A stretch of 64,000 nucleotides of DNA from Aplysia californica (Eukaryota), in NCBI RefSeq assembly GCF_000002075.1, contig NW_004797279.1, forward strand, positions 1,222,489 to 1,286,488. Direction: 5' to 3'. Position numbers and translations under genes: made by a program. Below the pieces are notes generated by a model. It made no database searches. It was not told the DNA's origin and saw only the letters and a list, made by a program, of their open reading frames with translations. This document shows, piece after piece, positions 25,280-37,010 of this stretch (its first letter is position 1; every line of letters begins with the position of its first letter).

Positions 25280-25535
25280 TCACCAGGGGTCCGACGTTTT
25301 GTCCTTAGGAGATATACTTTGCTCGAATGTCCTTTAGCTTACCCAGGCAGGATTGGGTTCCCGACTATAGACGGCGAAAGATCTTGTCAGCATCTTACTG
25401 TCTTGCGCTTGTATTTCATGCTTACAGGGAAGCCAATACTGTTTCCGAGTATTCTAGAGTCTGCTTTGGTAACGATATAGAGAGTTTCAGAGGGGATTTG
25501 AGTGGTACAAATTATGCTATTTACTTGTATCATTA
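25280..25535 (+). mobile_element. SINE family A, 5'-degraded
   Basis: CCGACGTTTTGTCCTTAGG..CCCAGG..CTATAGACGGCGAAAGATCTTGTCAG matches the reverse complement of the 36690-37010 copy. Confidence 0.7.
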
Positions 25536-28500
25536 CTTTTAAAGCTATTACTCATAGAGTGAAAATGCATTCAATTCTGATTGAAAGAGACATGTCAACT
25601 TTTGCGAATTCTTCTTTCGTCTTTGTACCCACCAAAAGAACCAACAGGATTGCTATATGATACTACGCTGCATAGTAGTTTTGTTAAAACTTTAACAGTT
25701 TGTCAGGCAGAGGTAGAATACTATTTATTTATTATTAACCTTCCTTGCCAGTGTTTTTAAAGTTGTTAACTACATGTAATATGCTGAGAAGGGCACTCTC
25801 CTAGCTCAGTACCATACTGTAGTACGTAGCAGATTGCCTTGGAACAAATCGGCAAAGGCACATTCTTCAGTTGTCTTGGTTTGATAGGAGATTAAAATGT
25901 TGAGATCGCGCCGGTTAAATGACCGTGTTGAGAAGGGCATTAAATACATCGATACAATAGAGAAACCACCCGAATGTGTTTAGCATTCCTTATTATTGTG
26001 CTCTTCCTAAGGTTATTGCACACTTACGCGTTGGAGCTTAGTAGATTTAGCGTCTGTGGTGTAGCGTGTGTGCGTTTGGAAGTCGCACGCAGAAGGCCCA
26101 AGTTCTATTTTTTTGTTAGGAGAATCTTCATCGGGTATCTCTGTCTCTCTGCCAGGGCGTTGTATTCTTCTCAACCTGGATTGGACCTGACCGGCGGATG
26201 CGAAACCAGCTCCCAAATAATTTGGATTGTGCTTATAGCAGCCTAAAACTACTGTAATTTTTAAAAAGCCAATTCAGCCCGTTTTCTAAAGGGTGCTTAC
26301 TTGCTCAAATGTTAATGACACAAGCGGTGTTTTCTGTAAGGGTTAAAACGTGTTAGTACATAATTTGTACTTTATCCACATTGTCTGTTAACCTATTGCT
26401 GTCATACTCCAAAAACGTTTATTATGCTTTTTGTGAACGAAGTCATTTTATTTCATGCAAGATCTCGTCTAAGATCTTTCGTCGTTGTCAGGTTTGACAT
26501 GTATTTTCTAAAGGATAAACTATTATTGATGATAATGGCAGTAATGAAAATAACACAACATTTTATTGTTACTGACTATAATACAATATTTATCTCTCAG
26601 TTGAAAGAAACTGAACCATTTGAGCGAGAGAAAAAAATAACCACCATGAGTTCAAATCAGTACTGACGTTGTTTAGGACATTGAACTTAACAACAATGGC
26701 ACAATTTTGTTCCCTTGGTGACTAAAATAATCACAAGTACAGTTAAAAGGAAAGGTAGGTGGAATAAAAGATAACATCTTCAGAACACTATGTTCGTTTT
26801 GTTTAGATAATTGAGCATTCGCCCTAAGCGACCTCTGACTCAAGCGAACGAAAACTGTCATATAGCTCAAACCTTTATCTAAATGTACACTGCAACAAGA
26901 TTATTTTAATGTAGCTTCATATTACTTGGTGCGAACGTGTTACTGGAAAGTACATAACTGATTAACTGGAAAAAGAGTTTCTTTCGCAACCTGGACTTGA
27001 AAAAAAAAAGGTGTATCGTATGCCTCTTTCAACACAATTTAGATCATTTACGAGGTGGGCTTTAACCCTGCCTGTCAGAGCCAACCCGGGGGGAGAGGAA
27101 CACAACATAGTAGACTGAAATACTGAGATAATCATTATCTGGTGTCTTGCAGACTGTTGTGGGCAGTAATGGACCTCTACTTTACTCTGCCTTGCGTTGA
27201 AGCGATGGTTTTGTCGTTCTGGCTGTGCCCAGCCTGACCAGTATCTTTTCCCTCTTTCCGCCTTTGCCTCTCTTTAAACAAACTGCTGTTACAATATTCT
27301 CCAATGCTTCTTCTCCCACTGTGTGTCCAATGAACTTTGCCTGAGATTCTCGATGAAAATTTTCTGCTCATGGAGATCGAATTTAAGTGTTCTATGTGCG
27401 ATGGTGAAGTGCCCAATCGCTACACAACAGACACAAGAAAAAAACTTGGCTAGCCTTGATGTATTAAGCTATACAGCACTGTATCATGTTGCGATTTCTC
27501 CTACAGTACTCATATTATTTATGAAGCATTGCCTTTGATGTAACGAAACGGCTGAATATGATTTGGCAAAACCTTATGGTTCTGTAAACTGAGACTCTCT
27601 TAGATAAAGCTAATCAAGAAATCTGAATCAATAAGGGAGAACATCTTAATGTTAGAAAATGCCCATTGAACATGCTATTAAAGATGTACTTAGAAATACG
27701 AAACTGTTTGTTAAACCGGGGCTTTGTATTTCATAGTTAAAAGATCAGAAAACTTGTGGAGAACAAGTTATTTCTGACTGACATCATTGTGAAATTGCAA
27801 CTTGTGAAATAGAGAGGCATCTTGGTGAAGTCGAGCACGGGACAGGTTAACGAAATTGAAGACAATTTTCCGGACGTTTGGCAATTTTTATTGAACTTTT
27901 GTGGTTATTTTTTGGCTCAATAACTTTTATGTCCATATAAAACACATTTTGTGCCTATTTTACGTTTGTCAAAAACGTTGAATAAAGGTACAAATAAATA
28001 TTCTTCAAATGTTCAGTTTCCATAGAACCACAAGCCATGAAAGTCGCCAAATGTTGACGGCCATTTTATCGCTAAATGTTCTTCTGAAACTGGTTGACCC
28101 CCACTCAATTGTAAATATCTCGACTTCTTTTAAATAAAGCTGGTTACTTTTTCTCAACGACAGCAAGGCAAATGAAGTTTTTAAGATAATACCAATAACT
28201 CCAAATACCTCTAAATTGAGGAGCGTCTGATTCATTAGTGACGTGACACAAATTGTTTTATTGTACCAGTTTGCTGAAAGACCCTCTTGCAATTATCGCA
28301 TTGCCCTGTTTCCTTTCACATCATTCGTGTTTGATGTGACATCTTTTAGAGGTGCAAAGCGACATGTTTAAAGTCGACGGAAAGAGAGGGAAGGTGTGTG
28401 TTTGCGCACGCACTCACGCTCGCGTGTGTGGGTGGGGGGTGGAGAGGGGANNNNNNNNNNNNNNNNNNNNNNNNNNNNNNNNNNNNNNNNNNNNNNNNNN

Positions 28501-29093
28501 NNNNNNNNNNNNNNNNNNNNNNNNNNNNNNNNNNNNNNNNNNNNNNNNNNNNNNNNNNNNNNNNNNNNNNNNNNNNNNNNNNNNNNNNGGGAGGGCAACA
28601 TGATCCCGTTGTACCGATTCTTGTAAATGTATTCTATGGAGGGAGGTCGTGGCGATCTACCCTCTAAATAAATGTTCGTTTGGTTTGTTAGGACTTTTTA
28701 TTGGTTTATTTGCCTGTTTATTTTTTCGTTCTGTTTACTTGTTTATTTTTCTTTTTAGATTTTAAACAATAACAATTTTGAAATGTTCTCCTACTGCCTC
28801 GTGGCTTGAGACAATCGTTGCGAAAAAACTGCTTTTGAATCCCATTACTGTGACATTTGAATGGTCTTTGAAATCGGCCCCAAAAAATAATATTAGAACC
28901 AAAATGAATCACTTTCATGGGCTTTAGTTTGTGAGAGATTTCTCATCTGCTTGCCCGTCCTTGCTTAATTAATTCTTCACTATTTTCTAATTCCTAATCA
29001 ATTAATTAATTTATTACTTTTTAAAATACTTTCTTTCTTTCTTTATTTATTTTTGAATTTATATCTTCTCAGTCGTTGCCCTTTGTCGCTCAT

Positions 29094-31113
29094 TACGAGG
29101 AGGGTTCAAGAAGTCTTTGGTTTAAATATGAAGGAATAAAGATAGAGATTTGTAACTTGGCACATAATATACTTTCATTTTACTACATAGTCACCATGCA
29201 GAGTAACACATTTCTACCACCTCTCTTTGACCTTCAAAAGTCCTTGAGAAAAAAGTGACCCAGAATGGGCTCCTAACCAGTCTTCCACAGCTTCAATGGC
29301 GTCCTCGTTGTCATGGAACAGACGTTCTTTCAGTGATTTTTTAAGATAAGGAAACAGAAAAAAGTCTGAAGGGACCAGTTCTGGTGATTAAGCTGGATGT
29401 GGTAGGCTTTTAAAGAGGCACTGTTCTGCTGTCTGGATTGCTTGTTGTGTACTGTGCACAGGGGCATTGTGATGCAGTAGGAGGAGCCCATTACGGAGTT
29501 TTCCACTCCTTTTTCTCACCAGCTTGGACTGCAATTTTATCAGTAAACCGGAATAGTGACTGTTTTTCCATTTTTCAGGTAGTCAGTCATGATGATACTT
29601 TCGCAGTCCCAGAAACACGACAGCATGGTCTTTGCCTTCTTTGGTGAGGGAGAAGAATGGGTTTTTCATTGCATGGCGGATATTTTTTGTTTTGGATCAA
29701 AATGATAAATCCATGTTTCATCCATAGTCACCACGTTTTAAAAGAAATTGTGTCTTCGGACTCAATTCGAAGTAGAGTTTTGTAGGACTCAACCCTCTGC
29801 TTCTTTTGCTCACATGTCAAAAGGCGGGATACCCACCGCGCAGACACCTTATTCATGTTAAGGTGCTCATGGAGAATCATTTGAATTGACCCTACCAGTG
29901 GCGTCACTTGGGTTGCAGGCAATGTGGTGCATAATTAGAAAGTGAGCAAATGGGCAATAGGCTTAGTAGCTACAATTAAGATCTGTAGAGCAAGTCAATT
30001 AGAATCTGCAGGATATCCTGTAAACTGCACCTATCGGTATTTACAACTGTTTCTAGATGAAACCGCATAAAAGCTGCAATAAAGTGAAACAATACTAACA
30101 AGTCACTGTGCTCACAATCTGAGAAGATTTAAAGATTTCTAATTACTTCGTGGAGCACCAGGACTTGCTACACAATAGAGGGAGACAACAGTTTCGATAC
30201 CCATTCTTATTTGAGTTACCGTAGACTCTACTAGTGTAGTAGATAGGCTCGCGGAAACTTGGATTAAATTCTTAGCTTGCACCAAAAAGATGCTGCGAAG
30301 AGCAGTTTCATGCACCTTTCTTTTTGTGCAGGAGAAATGATCCTTAGATTTCTCTACAGGGACAAATATAACTTTGGTGCAAAGATTTTGCTTGCTCCCA
30401 GCTGAAACTACCGCAAGCGGTGCCACGAGCCTAAACCATCCTCGCCGTCTGACTTCACTGGCGCATCCAGTGAGTGACGGATCGCAAGGATGTAGTAGGT
30501 CTAATGTACATCTAGAGCACTGACAGGTTTAGAACAATTAGAAAAGGGTAGGGGTGAAGACCAGGGTTAGGTGGAGCGCTTGCACCAATTGCACCAATGG
30601 CGCCCCGCCACTGGACCCTACATTGATTCCCGTTTCGCTAGAGAGTTGTGTAACAGTTATATGTCGGTCTTTGTAAAACCAGTTTCTTTACAATGGATAC
30701 ATTCTCTTCAATTACCACAAAGGATGGGCGCCCTTCACGATCTTCATCCACTACCGACATGACTCCAGATTTGAATTTTCTTACCCAGTATGTCACAGTA
30801 TTATTACGAGGACATTTGTCACCATAAACTTGGACCATTTCCTGAAAGATCTCCAAAAGGGATTTTCTGTGCAAGTGTAAAAATTGACAACTGAGCGATA
30901 CTCAACAGGCTACATGGCACAGCTTCAGCAAAGAAAAATCAAAACGTTTTTGAGCATGGTTTCATTGAACAGGCTGACTAGTGTCTTATTATTGTCATAT
31001 TTTCCAGAAAAATTGCACGGTGTATTCCATGGCAAAATTTTATTACTCTACCATGATTCCTTCATACATCAGATTGCATTTTTCACTTACAAAATAATAG
31101 AGCTAAACCAAAG
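29094..31113 (-). mobile_element. Decayed mariner (DD34D) DNA transposon, transposase pseudogene ~30916->29175, interrupted by a hAT-type insert
   Basis: Minus-strand translation gives N-terminal HTH region VYGDKCPRNNTVTYWVRKFKSG..EDREGRP, KVSARWVSRLL (WVPxxL), VTMDETWIYHFDP, LLHHNAPVH (DNA motif mutated), HPA*SPELVPSDFFLF and RW*KCVTLHGDYV. There are 34 residues between the 2nd and 3rd catalytic positions. Left end TA-CGAGGAGGG.. (29094) has a partial inverted match at ~31046-31113. Confidence 0.9.
29896..30613. mobile_element. Non-autonomous hAT-type DNA element (718 bp) nested in the mariner
   Basis: Terminal inverted repeats CAGTGGCG / CGCCACTG. Perfect 8-bp TSD GACCCTAC at 29888-29895 and 30614-30621. 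Removing the insert rejoins the mariner frame (TGINVGSIQMILHEHL). Confidence 0.88.
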
Positions 31114-31121
31114 ATAATACA

Positions 31122-31570
31122 TAACAAGATGGTGCACTCAGCCAAAAAGTGTCCGCCAGCAGTCCGCTCTTTGCTTCAGATGGCGCTGCAGTCTGTTTTG
31201 AAGCTCTCTTTCGTTTCTCCAGAAGAAGAATAGGAATAGCACCTAATTGCGTGCGCAGATCAGTGGGGAGTTTTAGTTGTTTTTTTTTATGACCTCTTGC
31301 CTTTCATTCTAAAGTCAATTAAACGAAGAAAACAATCACCCCTTCCTCCGGAAGAGGGTTTTTTTCAGCATCAACATTTTTTAAAAAGCGTTCTTCCGAA
31401 ATTTATTATAAAACTTACTAGTTTCACTTTGATTTTTGTAACACAAGTAGGGTAACTTTGTTCGCAAAGGGTGCGCATTTGAGAAGAGGGCGCCACTGAA
31501 TTTTGAGGACACTTTTTTAATTGGCTCAAAGAGAGGAGTGGCCCCTCTTGTTATGTAGACTCTTTGGCTA
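31122..31570 (-). repeat. Unclassified interspersed repeat, copy 2 (extra internal sequence), abutting the mariner right end
   Basis: Reverse-complement match to 10210-10490. Confidence 0.75.
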
Positions 31571-32696
31571 AACTAAAATAATTTATTGATAATTGAAACT
31601 TGAATTATGGGCTTTAAAAGAATTTTCTCGAAATTAGAACGCTTCGTATTCTCTTGGAATTGTGATGTAAAAACAGTATAGTTTTAACAACCCTATCAAC
31701 ACTATTAGGTTATTTCTGAATTATGAACGAAACCTCCGAATTTAACGTCAATCTCCGATAGGACTGAGCAAAATGGGCTGAGTGTCTTGAAAACTCCTCA
31801 ATACGATCCGAGTTTAAATACGCCAAAATTAGGATTAGAACCAGGGTCATCTGCTCCGAAACGTTGAGCACGATAAACACTGAGCTAACTTGTGATGTGT
31901 ATACACTAATTTTTAGAGGTTGCAAGGAGAGATGGTATCGCTTCCACTCACCAGTATACAAAGAACGTCTATCCTCTATATTATGTACGCAAAATATAAA
32001 CCCTAAAATAAAGCCCAAAGACATTGACACTATCTCTATTGCTGTTGGTAATTAATATCTGTTGGACAATAAAAGTGTATGTCTTTCGTACTTTTGATTT
32101 TTTTCAGTCCTTCAGTACAATATATCTTTTGTTTTCACTTTTCCTTTCTATATTATATTTTATAAAGATTACAAAGTTATTCTTTGGACAATAAACAGCC
32201 AACATCTATTACATTTAACTTGTCAAGGAATTCGATTCAGACTTTTAATATTATGATATACCTTTTTGTGACTCTGAAACTGTAATTGTTTCTTGCAATA
32301 CTCAAGACTTCAACATTTAAAAAAGGTGAATTTCATATTTTGTATTGGAAGGGAACAGAGTGCTTTTTTCCCCTACTTTTCTTTCTTGTTCTCGGCGCGC
32401 TGATTTGTTTTCTTCCAGCACGTTTCCTTGTGTTTTATATTGTTGACAGATGTTGGGAATTCTTGTAGAAATGGATGCTAACTTGTTTCAACAAAGAGTT
32501 TGTTATACTAGAGTTGTTTTTGTTTCATTTTTTTTTCAAAATAATTCTATATTGTGTTGACTTTCAATCTCTGACATGAAATCTTACTTAATATTGTTTT
32601 CACGTTTATCTATCATAACGTCTGTGGTTTGTACTTCCTTCTTCGTTGGGCTTTAATGTATCTTATTTCAGGAAGTTTTTTTCAGAAAGTAATTTC

Positions 32697-32765
32697 TGGT
32701 GTAGTGGTTAGGCGCCTCGGTGGCGTAAGCAGGGAACCGGCGTTCGATCCAAGAGTGGGGGAAAT
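32697..32765 (+). mobile_element. tRNA-like SINE head, family C
   Basis: A box TGGTGTAGTGG and B box GTTCGATCC; similar heads on the minus strand at 39965-40032 and 56352-56418. Confidence 0.55.
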
Positions 32766-32904
32766 TGTTTTCCAGAATCTTGGACTCTCTGTTGGAATAT
32801 TAACTACCTCTAACCCTGGGCCATAACCCTCCTCCTTAACTACCTGAATTGTGTACAGCGCCTGTTTCTTCCTCTCTGTCAATTATACACCCAAAATAGT
32901 TTAA

Positions 32905-34080
32905 AGATTCTTTAGTGTGTTTCCCTCTACTCTGACCTGCTCCTTCCGTAGTTCATCTGTCCTTAGGACTTTTGACTTTCCGCTGTGGATCCTCAATCCA
33001 ACAGACTCTGATAGGCTGCTTAAACGTGTGGTCTTTGTTTGCATCTGTTCCCGCGTGTGTGACAGACTGAATCATAAAGTCGTCTACAAAGTCCAGATCG
33101 TTCAACTGTGTCCATGGGGTTCACTGTATGTAGTTTCTATGTCCTCTTGTGGTTTTCTTCATCAGCCAGTCGATTGTCAAGAAAAAGAGGAAAGGTGATA
33201 GTAAACATCCCTGTCTCACCCCGGTCTTGATGTCAGAGCTGGCCATCATGTATAACCCTGGAGCTTGTCCCTTTTTACATGTTCCTGGTGAGGTTAACTA
33301 ACTTCTGCAGGATTCCGTGATGTCTCAGTATCTTCCACAGTGTTGCTCGGTCTATATTGTCAAAGGCCTTCTCATAGTCAAGAAAGTTGATGATCAACCG
33401 GGAGTTCCACTCAAGGGACTGTTCTACTGTGATCCTCCTCGTAACAATCTGGTCCGTGGTTGAAAGATTTTTCCGAAAACTAGCCTGTTCACAGCAGATT
33501 AGTAATTCCTGTCTTGCTAGCAGGGTCTTTTGCAGGTTACGCGGCGGTGGTCTGTTCGGGGGACTGTTGAAATGCTATACCCATCGTCTGGACTGAGCTT
33601 GTGTTTCCAAAAATGGCTGTTCCCTCTTGGTCGTTTACTGTTACTTCTGGTTTCCCAAATGTTCCAGAAAGATTTTTTGTAGTCTGGTAAAGGTTTCACA
33701 TGTTCCCTCCTGCTGCTGGCTCCTCTGTCCTCTCTGCCAGCCTGTTCATGAATTCTTCCTTGTCTTTTCTCAGTAATCTCTATACATCTTTTGTAGTTGT
33801 CCTGCATTGCTGTAATGTGTCCTCTTTTGATTCTAATTGTATTCTAATGTTAATCAAATTCAATGACCGTTGACTAATCCATTCCTTTTGCTCCAATTTC
33901 TTCTCACCGAGTATTTCTTGACATGTTGAAGTAAAGACTTTTTTTTACCTTGGTCCAGTGCATCTCCTCTTCCATGTCCTCCTCACCAAGATCCGCCAAG
34001 GGTTGAAATCTGTTCCTCAACTGCAGCTGAAACTCCTGTCTTGAGTCCATCTAAGAGACTCACTTGGAATTTCGTTCTTT
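32905..34080 (-). mobile_element. Decayed RTE-clade LINE fragment (RT region)
   Basis: Minus-strand pieces EFQLQLRNRFQPL, INFLDYEKAF, KTGVRQGCLLSPFLF, DFVDD and GLRIHSGKSKVL; stops, frameshifts and deletions. Confidence 0.82.
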
Positions 34081-34954
34081 TGGTACCTGTTATGGTTCCG
34101 TGCGACGAGCATAGATAAAGTTTTCTATTGCAGGCCATCTCCTCATTTCAGCTCATTCAGCTGAGATATTGTAGCATCTGGGTTCTCTTGACTTCCTTTT
34201 AATGCATATTGTGCGTTTCCTACCTCTTCCTTTGTAGTCTTAGTACTTATTATCATAGTTGTATCAACACTGTAAATTGAGTGAGGCCGGTGAAAACAAT
34301 GAGATAGTTGCGATCAATCTGACAATAGGAGGGTACGAAGTATGACTTTGAAATGCTTCGGAGAGGTAATAATTTGTACCTTCCAGGCCCGAGCTATGGA
34401 GGTGTACTTAATTTCAAGACTAGAATACAAAACCTTATGAGGCATCGTAGTGAATCCAGGTGCACCTCAAAATAATGAATTCAAAGAAACTGACGTTCTT
34501 CAGCTCGTTAGACAAGTTTAAACATTATTAATTTTTGGCTCAGCATTTTTATGCAATGTCAATTTGCAAACACATTTATGTGTGGGCCTTGTCGGAAAAT
34601 AAATCAAATAGAAAAAAAATCCCGCTGATCAAAGGCAGAACAACTATGTACATTAAATCTCCAGGGAAACTACAGATTTATAAGTCACCATAATGTTATA
34701 ATTTTCGCCTACATTACCCCTGACACCGGGCCACCCCGGTCAGCTTCAATCACACAAATTATTTCGACTTCTTTTCAATATGGATAGTCACTTTTTCATA
34801 ATCAAAAGCAAGATAAATGAACAATCATTCAGATGATACCAGCTAATTTTATATGGCCAATAATTGACAAGCAGCTGATTTCATCACGTCATGACAAAAG
34901 TGCTAAAGACGTAAACTTACTGGAGTTTGTCCCTCACATGGAAATGGTGAACCA

Positions 34955-35005
<51 letters not shown>

Positions 35006-36689
35006 TCACCCACACACACATACACGCACATAGACAACACACACACACACACATACACACACACATATTATATAATATATACACATATACACACACATAC
35101 ACACATACACATAAACACACATATATACACCCATACGCACACACACATGCACTCACCCACACACATATACCCTCAGAGAGACAACACAAAAACACATACA
35201 GACACATACATATATACACGCATACTCACATACATATACTCACAAACAAACAAACGCACACTCATTCACACACTTCTATCCAAAGAAAGAGAGAGAGAGA
35301 GACTGAGCAAGAAAAAAAAAGAGNNNNNNNNNNNNNNNNNNNNNNNNNNNNNNNNNNNNNNNNNNNNNNNNNNNNNNNNNNNNNNNNNNNNNNNNNNNNN
35401 NNNNNNNNNNNNNNNNNNNNNNNNNNNNNNNNNNNNNNNNNNNNNNNNNNNNNNNNNNNNNNNNNNNNNNNNNNNNNNNNNNNNNNNNNNNNNNACAAAG
35501 AAAGAGACAGAGACAGAACAAAACCCGGTGTCATAATGTTGTTCTCAATTTTGACTTGGAGGCCAACACTGTTCCTGCAAGAAAGAAGTGCCGATTTCCC
35601 GTCTAGCGTTGTGACATTTCTTCTTACGAACCTTCAGGACATAAAGTAGGACAGCAATAACAAAAGCCGTATGATTGGTCCTTCGCTTTTGACTTAATGA
35701 TTATTAGACAGTATTCATTGTTATGAAACGAACGGAGAAAATGACAACTGAAAAGAAAACCCTTTGAAAGAACTTAGGAGTTTAAGCTTCACCGTTTACG
35801 TCGTGGATTTTTTTCCCCAATCAAGTGCCATCACTTCGGAAAGGTTTGGGCCAAGGGACCGGCATCGACTTTAAAATAGTCCTTTTTTACCACGTATCTT
35901 CTCGAGATGAGCAAATCGGTGTAGAAGCATTCCTTTCTTGTCTAGTATGCTTTATTTCCCTTGTTATTACCAATGCGTTTTGTCTGATTATCTTATAAGA
36001 GAATGACTAAATTATGAAGAATGGCTCCATTTCTCCTGCATGGGATTGGATTGTTTTCAAAACGTGTATCATTATAATGCAAAAAAGTGCCTGTCTCAAG
36101 TTTCATAATTCCCATTGTTTAGAAAACATGTCGTTTACTTAGCTAAGTCTTTATCGAATACAGTGGGCTTTCATTACAAAATTAGACAACTAAACGTAGG
36201 GAATTAATGCGCAAGTTCGGCGTGCCGAGAGCGTATCAAGCTCTTGCCAAGATAATTGCTGCCTGTCTCGCAGTCTGTAACCTTGCTCGTTAGTATTCAT
36301 CTGTCTCGAAACTAGTCCTCCCCCCCCCCTCCCCATACACACAAAAAACCCAACAATGATTGAGACTCACTTGTTATCTCGAGAAATGGTTTCCGTTTTT
36401 AGATTGTCGTGCGGGCATAGCTCTAAGGCTACGGGGTGATTTGTGGTGGTTTGCTCCTTTACTTAGTCATTATTTCTTAAATTATATAGTTACCGTCCAT
36501 ATTATTGTATCGGCTTTTTATTTGTTGTCAATTGTCGTTACTATCATCATCATCCTCATCATCATCATCATCATCTTCATCATCATCCTCATCTTCATCA
36601 ACATCATCATCCTCAATATATTATTACTATTATTATCATTATTAATATCGTTCTTTTTCTTCTGCTTCTTCTTCTTCTTAATAATACTA

Positions 36690-37010
36690 ATAGATAGATA
36701 GCATTTGTATAGCGCAAATCCACGCTCAACAGCAGGCTATATGCGCTTTTCACTATATTATTACCCCAGCAGACCATAGAACACTCCGAAACATTCTCAG
36801 CTTCCCGGGAAGCATACAGTGCAAGCAGCTGATTAAGCGCTCAAACACTAACATACTGACAAGATCTTTCGCTGTCTATAGCCGGGTACCCATTCCCACC
36901 TGGGTGAAGTGAGGAAAATTCGTGTAAAGTGCCTTTCCCAAGGACACAACGTCGGGTCCCTGACGGGATTCGAACCCACGACCTTACGGTTGCGAGTCCG
37001 AGAGCCTAAC
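36690..37010 (-). mobile_element. tRNA-derived SINE, family A (CORE-like), best-preserved copy
   Basis: Minus strand has B box GGTTCGAATCCC, CORE-like TTGTGTCCTTGGGAAAGGCACTTTAC, and LINE-like tail ..GCGCTATACAAATG running into simple repeats. The head is cut by a gap. Confidence 0.82.

Noticed and set aside
32697-32765. tRNA gene candidates (also 6540, 17000, 20390, 36980, 48840)
   Set aside because: A and B boxes are present but the cloverleaf stems are broken and most heads run into shared SINE bodies.
34720-34743. GC-rich hairpin CTGACACCGGG-CCAC-CCCGGTCAG
   Set aside because: Isolated short bulged stem with no Helitron end or other supporting context.
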